Assembly (NCBI GenBank): GCA_040954595.2
Contig: CM082584.2
Span: forward strand, 8,881,146-8,945,145
DNA length: 64,000 nucleotides
Direction: 5' to 3'
DNA from: Balanoglossus misakiensis
Lineage: Eukaryota > Animalia > Hemichordata
The notes beneath the pieces are model-generated. The model was not told where the DNA came from and did no database searches. It saw only the letters and a program-made list of their open reading frames with translations. Positions 55,001 to 64,000 of this stretch are shown piece by piece. Both the position numbers and the translations under genes were made by a program. The first letter of the stretch is position 1. Each line of letters begins with the position of its first letter.

Positions 55001-56699
55001 GCAACCAGAGAGCTTTGCCTTGGCAGCTGGCGATGTTTCCACTAGATATTTCATGCCATTGGAATTCCATCATCAAACACCCATGGGTTATTCCCGGGAT
55101 CAGAGTCTGAAATCCGGGATGAGGCAGAGACGCAAGGAAAATAAATGCAGGAACTTATTCTAAGTGGTTGGCTGTAAGCCAGGTCTGATCACAAACTGTA
55201 GATCAGGGCAGCCAGGAGAATCGGCGATGATGCTAAGAATCTGAAAAGATTCTATCCATGGCTTATTTTCAGGGAAGTAGAAGGAATTAGCTCCGAGGAG
55301 AGAGATTCATGGGTATGGATTTTATTTCCTTCACAAGTTTTGAGAAAATTCATAATTTTATCGCCCATGTCAAAATGGTATGCCAGCCATATTGGACAGG
55401 TTCTGTCGTGAAAAACGGTATAGCGAATTTCACAGAAACATATTGCAATAATGAATTTTAAAAATAGGATAGTGTATGTGCACATTTGCATATTGACGAG
55501 GTTCTAAATTGGTATGAATATAAAATGTTGGCCGCATTTCGTATTCTCGTCTAGTTTGGTATTAACTGGGCAGAAGTCAAATGGGTTGCCAGGGCATAAG
55601 CATATTACTCCTTTGGGGGATTACAGAGGGGAATTTAAAAGCTTAACTGAAACAATCATGGATTATTTCCATTTCTCGAAATGATTTGTGTGTTCGCTAC
55701 AAGGCAAAAATTGGAATTGGGACAGGCTTTGGCATGGAGGAAATTAGACATTCCCCAGGGACCATTAAAAATTAGTGAACCAGTTTGTTGGGGGAATTGT
55801 ATGTAACTACTAAAGCCTTTATAGTTGGTATAACTATTCATTATGGAAAGTAACAGATCTTATAATTAGACGGTTTTTGTGACTGTTCTTAACTGATCAA
55901 GACATTGTTTTGATGTCTGTTAATGATGAGTTTCTATCACCACGGTGATCTGTTCATTTCCTGCTTTCTGTATGGTTGGCTAGATAGATTGTATGAAGTG
56001 TTATGTGTTGTAATATCGTGACAGGCTGGTCATAATTCAAATTAATTGTCTGTGCATTTGTTTGTCCTTTTTGTTATCTTGAATAAAATATGTTGCCATT
56101 AGAATGCATCGAGCGGAAACTGGCTCAGGAGTCCTTGGACTGTGGGTTTTTGCTCAAAGGTTCCCTGGAAACCGACTCTGTTGTAACTTGGCCATGAAAG
56201 ATTCAGTTCATTGCCCCGGGACATGTTTGAAATGTAGATCAGGTCATGTTAAAATTAAAACGCAGATAACCTCTGCAGGCTGCCTGAAATCAAAAGCTTA
56301 GTCATGTGACTTGTATAATTATAGATTGTTTCCTTCACTTTAGAGAACGAGCACAACCAAGTACTAAGGATGAGTTTACTTTGAACCTTACTGGTGCCTC
56401 TGATTCAAAATATGATGATGTGTTTGGACATGGTGGGTAACCTACCATCCACAGTGATCAGGTTGATTTGACACAGATGTTGTGCGAAACGGTTCTGGCA
56501 TGCAATGTCCATTTTTGGTTTTGTGTGAATTATTAATGTTTAAAAATTTCCCACAAATGTAAAATGCAAAGGCGGTATTTATCAATAGGAGAAGTAAAAG
56601 ATGCTCATCTATAATGTAAGATCTCAACCATAGCCTTTCATCAAGGAGCAACCAAACATAGCAAGGGAAGAAAATGAACTTCCAGATATAGCCCCCAGT

Positions 56700-56977
56700 G
56701 AAAGTATTGTGGTCACATGACTGTCACATGAGACTCTTGCGCCAATGAGGAGAGATGCGTTTGAAAGCGTATGAGTAGGCAGTGCTCAGGGGGAATATTC
56801 CCTTGTAACGCGCTGGTGGAGCTCTAAATGCAAGTCGTTGCTTCAGAGCACAGGTGTATGCGTGTGTTACACGGCATTTATGCCGGCACTGTGATATTTC
56901 CGGAACGCTTTGATGTTGGCTTCATGACTCATATGGGAGTTCAGTGAGGAATGCTTCAGATTTTGGATTACTTCGAG
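56700..56977 (+). promoter_or_regulatory. Candidate internal promoter and first exon
   Basis: Two GTCACATGA E-boxes, CCAAT, kappaB palindrome, STAT-like and AP-1 sites, then donor GAG|GTGAGT at 56977/56978. Confidence 0.5.
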
Positions 56978-59900
56978 GTGAGTGAATGTCTTCTAAATGG
57001 GGGAGGGAGTTTCTCTTTATAAACGTCGTCTGCCTCCGTGAAAGTGTAGAGTGCCTAGATCTGTTTTGACATCCACTTGAGTGTAATTAACAGCTCGTGT
57101 CTGGACGATAATGACTTCTGCGTCAATTCAGTGGGCATTGCTCGATACATATACTCAAGTGTGAATACCAATGGGCATTTCATATTAGAAACTGGTTACA
57201 TTCTTTCCCTAAATTTAACTTTGTACTAACTTCTATTGAAATATTTCCACTTCGTCCGTTTAGTCCCTTTGAAAGAAAACCCCATTTTTTCTCCAAAGAC
57301 TGATCTTTCTATGTGAGGTTAAATTCGTTAACAAAAGACAAAATGCTTTCCATATATATATATATAAATACAAAAAAGTATTATACAAAGCACAGCATAA
57401 CATTGCATAGTCTAAGCTTGCTTAGCAGACCGATTAACAAGACATCCATAATCTGAAACTTGAGATGCTAAAGTCGGTCCCGGGATTCACAGAACCAACC
57501 CAAACTCCATCAATCCAGCATTCAACCATTAATAAATTTTTTGCTTTCAGTTCTGTGATCCACAGTTCATAAACAAATGTCTGGGTCTGTATTAGGATTA
57601 CCATCGGCATTCTACTTCAAAGAGATCCATCATTCTGCTTAGAGACTAATTCTGTCTGTAATTTTCTTTCTTTCTCTGTCAGGGCTGATGTATTCTGTAA
57701 GATATCATGACAGTAAAAATGGGTAAATGTTCCATGGTTCAGTAATCTTGTGTTTTAGTTCAGTCGTTCCTTGCTGGCTTTGTCGATAATACCACCAACC
57801 ATTATTTCAATCTTCTGTTAATAGTTGCATATTGGAGATCTTGACGCATGTATAAATATGTTGAATTGTACAGATATTCACTGGTTCAAAATTACTGTGC
57901 TGCCTATGTTCAATCGTAGACAATAGTCTATGGTTCAGTAGAGATGGAGACTAGTGTGTGTAATGCTGTTCAATTCAAAATGGAAGTAAATTATACCTGA
58001 AATGTTTCAGTATCATCTGGCATCTGTCACTGGCCATGGAAATGTGTCTGTCGACGGGAAGAAAAATCAAGAACAGAATCTATCATTTGGATGCAGCTTG
58101 AAGTAGAAAGAATGTTGGTTCTAAAAAAATAGAGTAAATTGTATGATGTAGTTTCATGGAGATGAGAAGTAGGGTGATGAAATGTGGGAAGAGTTAGGGG
58201 CAGGTGTTGTATAACTGATAATACATCCCTGCATCATATTGAAACACACCGACATCATAGCCAGCCAGAATCTCCACAGTTCAGAATAAATTTTCTTTTC
58301 GTACAAAATGTAATTGACTTTTCCACTCACGCTGTAGGAAAAAAAATGTAATTGAGAATATGATGAATACCTCGGTAGTTTTCCCCTACATTACAGGTTT
58401 AGGATCAGATTGTGTAATGGCACATGGTTTTTATCGGTTGCTTTCTCCCTCTTGTTATCGGAATTCTCAAAGGGTAAGAATTAATGTGGGTGAGATGCAG
58501 AAAATGGTATTAAAAGAAATCTACGTTCATCCTCCCACGCACTCTCCAGACAAAACACTAATGTAATTTCTCTCGTAAGTGTTAAACGTTGTTTTTTGAG
58601 CACCACAATAGACAGGCCTTGTTTTTCTGTTTCTAAATGTCAATTGGAAAATAATAATGAATATTAGCGGGTTTGCTAGACATATTACACACACAGCAGT
58701 CTCGATGGAATTGTGTGATCTATTATTTGTGGGAAAACTATATAAGTAAGAAGTTACTGCTGTATTTTATGATTGAAGATAAAAATTACTACTCTGGCCA
58801 AAAAGAATAGAAGATTCAGCTGTATCAGAAAGTCATGCTTAATCCCTTTCATGCCACTTCCCTCTGTAAAGATCCATTTTTATTGTGGAAAAATTAATCT
58901 GGACTAAACCCTTGTTGTGGGAGGATTAGACTATTTTCAGCGCAAGTTGAAATCAGGTTCACAAGGTATCGCACTGGAGCACTTTGGACATGGTAGGAAA
59001 TTGGACTCCAATGTCAGACACCCAACCTGAAACAAAATCTTCAAGGATTATACACATTAATCTCCAGGTCTCAATTGTAAGGTAGAAAAAGACTGGTCAG
59101 AACTATTAACTTTCAACACTTCATCCACTAAGTTTGCTGTATAAATATACTCAGGACATGACCTTGTAATGAACACTTCTCTGAGTGCTCGAAATATCAC
59201 CGAACTCGGCAAATAGCATTTTGGACTCAATTATTGCCAAGGTCAAGGGTATCCAGTGCTGTTCTGTGTGTTCAGTTGAGAGCTTTGTTGACAGTCAACA
59301 TGGATCCTGTATCACTGGGGACACTGTATATCTACTGTGGCCAACTCTGGACTTTAACTTGTGACGCCGATCAGGTAACATTGAGTTGTCATGTGTGAGT
59401 GATGATGGTCTTGTCTAAAACGCCATGTTTTTGCTGTCAAAATGTGCTGCAACATTTGTGTCATTTTCACACATTTTCCATATTTTCCCCCGTATTCTAG
59501 ATCAAGTGGACATAATCTTCAATTGTCTACAGGTCTCGATCAAAATTTAGGGACAAAACTCATCCTATGAGGTTAAATAAGAGAATGAAGATTTGTGAAA
59601 AACATGCCATTGTTTGTTTTACAAGTGACTTCTGCATAGTTGACTGTTAATATATGTACTGGTGATGACGCTCACACCCACGTTTTGTATAAATCAGCAC
59701 AGCCAGTGGCCACTGATAACCAGCCAGTGATTTCAGCTATACCCCCTTACCACAGGGTCAAGGCACCCTATCATACCACACACACAATGCACATAAATTA
59801 CACCGTGCTAAAATTGGACCAGAAAACGATACAAGCCGCGAGAACACGGACACAGGACATCGGAGACTGCAGCAAGCCAGATAACGTTCTCCCTTTTTCA

Positions 59901-62900
59901 ATTGACACATACCAGGCTGTAATTTGGAAAAATAAAATCAGATTTTTAGTGGACCCCCTTGCTGTACGACGACCGCCGGCCTGATAAAAAGGAATCCTTT
60001 GTGATTGGGAGATTTAATGCCTGAAGGCTGATTCTGGAGTTGTGAAGAACAGATAAAAACACATCCTCGGTTGATCAGAACATAATCGTCTGAACAGTAT
60101 GCAGTGCTGTGGTTACAGCCTCGAGTATCATTTGAATTTGAAGGATATTATGTTTCTGGGAAGACTGCAATCTCTCTGCTTGATGCGGTTCACGTAGCAT
60201 CAAAGCCCCGTCCAGTATGGATTTTATTTCAGGCCATTTCGAGTTTGAGCTGGAAGTCAACAGATTAAATGCGATTGGTTCAAAGGTGGAAAATATATGT
60301 ATTAATGCTTTTAACAAGTAGAAAACATAAAATTAGAGGAACCTGCCTATCTTTAATATGTAGCAAATTTCTGTCAACACCAATCTGATTAAAATCAAAT
60401 GTAGAGTTGCCTTGATCTTAACATTTGCTGGTTCTATGCTGTTCTGATGATCGAGGCAGACATCTGAGAACAGAACAGGAAAAGAACCAACAAATGTAAT
60501 GATTTTGCTTTCCAGTACATTTCCCGTTCACAACGTTTAGTTGTCCGCTGTGACTGCTTGACTGAAACGTGAACCGATCACGGGGAAAAGAACGCGGTGT
60601 TAATTAGAAACCAGATTGAATCTCCAGACAAAAACAGGATTATCAAAAATACATTGACTGCAATATTTATGACGCCTGTGGGAGAGCGATAGTTGCAGTT
60701 TCATGGAAACTAGTTAATCTGCACCAGAGTGGCAGAACTGTTCGGAATGGCAATGAAGATGTCTAAATGTTCGTCTGTATTAAGGAAACTGGCATTTAGC
60801 CCCAAATTTGCATACACTTTACATATATGCCAGTCAGTTCTGTACTGTGCGATTTCGGTCTTACATGATGCGTCGTACTAAATACATTTAGTGCTTAGCC
60901 ATGACAGACATTTTTGTTTCCGCACTGAAGTTTTATTGATATGCAAAGCCATTACTCTGTATTAATGTAACGAGTTTATTTCCTTGCTGTCAACAGTGCA
61001 CTTAATTACAGAAGGCACATGAACTTGAGCTTTCCAGTCAAGTGTAGAAATCATTTTCTGCCCTCCACTTTTAGGGGGCATGGCACTTGATGAAAACCAT
61101 CACTCTTTTTATAGGACATAAACCATTTTTCCTACTATCTACCTACAGCGTAGTAATGGTGATGTCAAGTTATAGTATCAACAGTTGTTGGTGTAAGAGG
61201 GTCTGGACAGGATAGAATCGCAGCGATGAGTCTCCCATGGGGGAAATGCCATCATTGGCGAAACCCATTTCATAACATTTTTACGACAATTACAGAGGTG
61301 CTGTCGTTGGTATTTACGATCGTGTCTCGTAAGTGAGCCCGAGATGTGTCCGTGGATGAGAATTGCAGTTGACAGGTTGTGGTTGCACCATCTACCATTA
61401 ACGTCGGAAAGTGTACTGTGAACTTCAAGGATTTAAGGGCATCTGGCGAAGAAGTTTAGTTAATTTCGTCCATCATTCGTGATCCTGTTGAGCTTGTGAG
61501 CGCAGATAGTACATTTGGGAACATACCAGCGTTGTCTCTTAAATCGATGACGAGTGGCAAAGTCCTGCAACTCTCCATTTCTGGACGAACGATTTGTAGA
61601 CCAGGTCAAGTAGATCACAAATGTCTGCACGCAGATCTGCAGCTCTCTAGAATTTCTGGAAAACTTCAACCCCAGACGTTCTGGAGATCTGCAACCACAC
61701 TTGGTATGTGAAGGACACTTTATCGTAATATGGCCTAGAAGTTCAAAAACAGACACTCAACCTGCCGACTCCTTGACGTTCATTCACAGAGCCATGAAGA
61801 TTAATTTACCCGAGCTTTCTTTTGTCGTAATGTGACAACTGACTCTTAAATTCTTAAGGTGTCATTTTGGTTTCCTTTCAGCATGCCACTCGAGTGGGAC
61901 GGCGGATGAAAGATTTCGGCTGTGCTTCTAAAAGAATCAGACTAACTTAGGTTTCAGCAACTTAACTGAGTAAACATAAGTCAAAGTGTATGTTTAGACT
62001 ACATCTTGTGTGATCCCCTTGCTGAGTGTACCTGATTATTTTCAGCAGAACTAAGCTTTGTCAGGGCCAATAAGGGCAATGACATGCTTTTCATACATTC
62101 TTGTCTTTCTACAGCGGTTGAAATGTTAGGAAACTTGCGTAGAGGCAAACCATTGCAGATGTAAAACTCACCTGATATTTGTCTTACCTTGTTTGTATAG
62201 TTTTTTCCACTCAGGTACTTTTTATAACAGTCATAAAATCCATTACCAATGATGCTAATAAGATTGGGCTTGACATTTTAGTTTCACTCTCGTTTAGGAT
62301 AGTATGGGGGTTGTTATACCACCCACTGTCATCTTCTGATGTAACATTGATGTATTTGACATTTTGTGTTGTGACAGTTAGTAGGGAGGGTATGATTTCT
62401 AAAGTGGTTTGGTTGAGACCGTAGTCGAGAATTTAGACGTCATATCTGGGCTCTTGCTCTGGAAGCTCAGTAGCATGAGAACCCAACATAACGTCTTGAT
62501 TCTAAATGAGACAACAGGAAATTGAGATGATAATTCAACCAGTTCTTGAATTCAGAAATTCACCAACCATTCTGTGATTTGTACTGGTTATTTGTTAGCA
62601 ATCTCATTTTTGCACTCGTGAAAGTGAACTTCATCTAAAGACCAAGTTCTCAGAGAATAGTTTAACCTTTAGATAATTGCATGACTTGCAATTGACCATT
62701 TATCAGTATGGCCACATGCATTGGTGGTTGTTTTAGCAGCTGTTATAGTGGACGTCTATTATCATCAGGTTTCTGGAAGATGCCGTTGGGTTAATTTCCC
62801 CATGCATACCTGCGAAACTGTAAATTGTATCAGAGATGACATTTGTACATGGTACTATATATAGCAAGTAGGTTCATTTGATTTATAAACTATCTTGGCA

Positions 62901-64000
62901 GGTGTCTGCCGTTCGGCAAAACCTCCCATCGCTTCAATCTAGAGAGGTCGCAGAAGGCAATACATATTTAATGATGCATTCTACACTGTACACCTGATGA
63001 CAAGAATGATAACGATGCCTCTGAAGTTGCAACACTTGTGGCGGCACAGAAGGATACCTGGCTGCTGCCCCCCCCCCCCCCCTGGTGATCATCAGTGACT
63101 ACTCCGTTAAAAATATCCAATGCAATATTCAATGCATGTATACGGTTACAACAGACATAACATCCAAGCAACTTAATAAAATTAATCTGAAAGTTTCTGT
63201 GGTGTGTGCAGAAATCATAATGAAGGAGCACTCTTTCATGCAGAGAAGCTCAGTATCTCCAGGCTGGTGTCGGGTTTGCTCATAGTTGCATGGGTTAGCC
63301 ATTTAGTAGTGTACATCATAGGTATGTGCATATCAGATTGCTTGTCTGAGCACAAAGACATGTTTTTAGACAAGTTAATGGCCGATTACAGGTTGTGTGC
63401 GATTTGCTGTGCTAGTTAACGTACCTGACAATATGACAATCACTTGATGTACAGATGGTTTTGATGAAGAAAATGTGCCTCCTCGTCAGTCATTACTTGT
63501 CAGTGTTCTCTGCTCTGATTCGGTTAGATATTTTTAGGTACTGCGTTGTAAGACTGTTGAGATTTGGAGACATCTTTCTGGTTTTCCAAGTCTGTTTTCA
63601 GTCAGAGAAAACAGGACGGGCTTCCATTTCACTCTGTTGGCTTTTGTTCTCTTTTTACCAGTATTAGCGACAACTGATAAGTTTGTAAGTGGTTTGCACA
63701 TGTCTGAATACAGGTTATCTTTCAATTTGACAAACAGTCAGAGATGTGTTCGGGTCAATTCTTTTACTGCCATGTGTACTGTTATGTGCGTACGGAGACG
63801 ATGTCAGTATTGATTCCTGGCCGTGGAGCCACAATGCAAAGCAAAGGAATAGCTTTGACTACATATAGTCTTTACCAAGCACTGAGCATTCCCCACAAAG
63901 CTGTAGTGACAGGTCGGCCGAGGTGTAAAGAGATACAAGGCTGTCAGTTAGTTGGTTGGTTGCAAATATAATTACTAAACAAATTTTATCCTTTTGCTTT

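Noticed and set aside
61460-61950. Possible exons ending near 61703 and starting at 61882
   Set aside because: No recognisable peptide, all three frames after the 61882 acceptor close quickly, and the donors are weak.
63049-63060. Minus-strand CAG|GTATCCTTC U12-like donor
   Set aside because: No associated exon or branch point; such hits are expected by chance in 64 kb.

Overview
AT-rich, intron-containing animal genomic DNA (looks like an invertebrate bilaterian; the species cannot be read from the sequence). Most ORF-track entries are spurious, so genes were rebuilt by hand from splice signals and frame continuity. From left to right: (1) the 5' part of a minus-strand secreted EGF-domain gene resembling pikachurin/EGFLAM/SP2353 (3 exons, 4271-11779, continuing off the left edge); (2) a complete minus-strand transportin gene (TNPO1/2 co-ortholog, 22 coding exons, 886 aa, 17786-33221) with a U12-type first intron and probably a long, spliced 3' UTR; (3) head-to-head with it, a complete plus-strand FBXW9-like F-box/WD40 gene (10 coding exons, 561 aa, 33756-37396) with a repetitive acidic tail; (4) about 25 kb with no recognisable coding exon but three candidate plus-strand first exons of an unidentified gene. 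A few MITEs and microsatellites are present. I found no prokaryote-type system and nothing I can support as a new biological system. The best leads are splicing-level control of transportin (minor intron, candidate poison exon, 3' UTR intron), the TNPO-FBXW9 linkage shared with vertebrates, and a motif-dense internal promoter at 56.7 kb.
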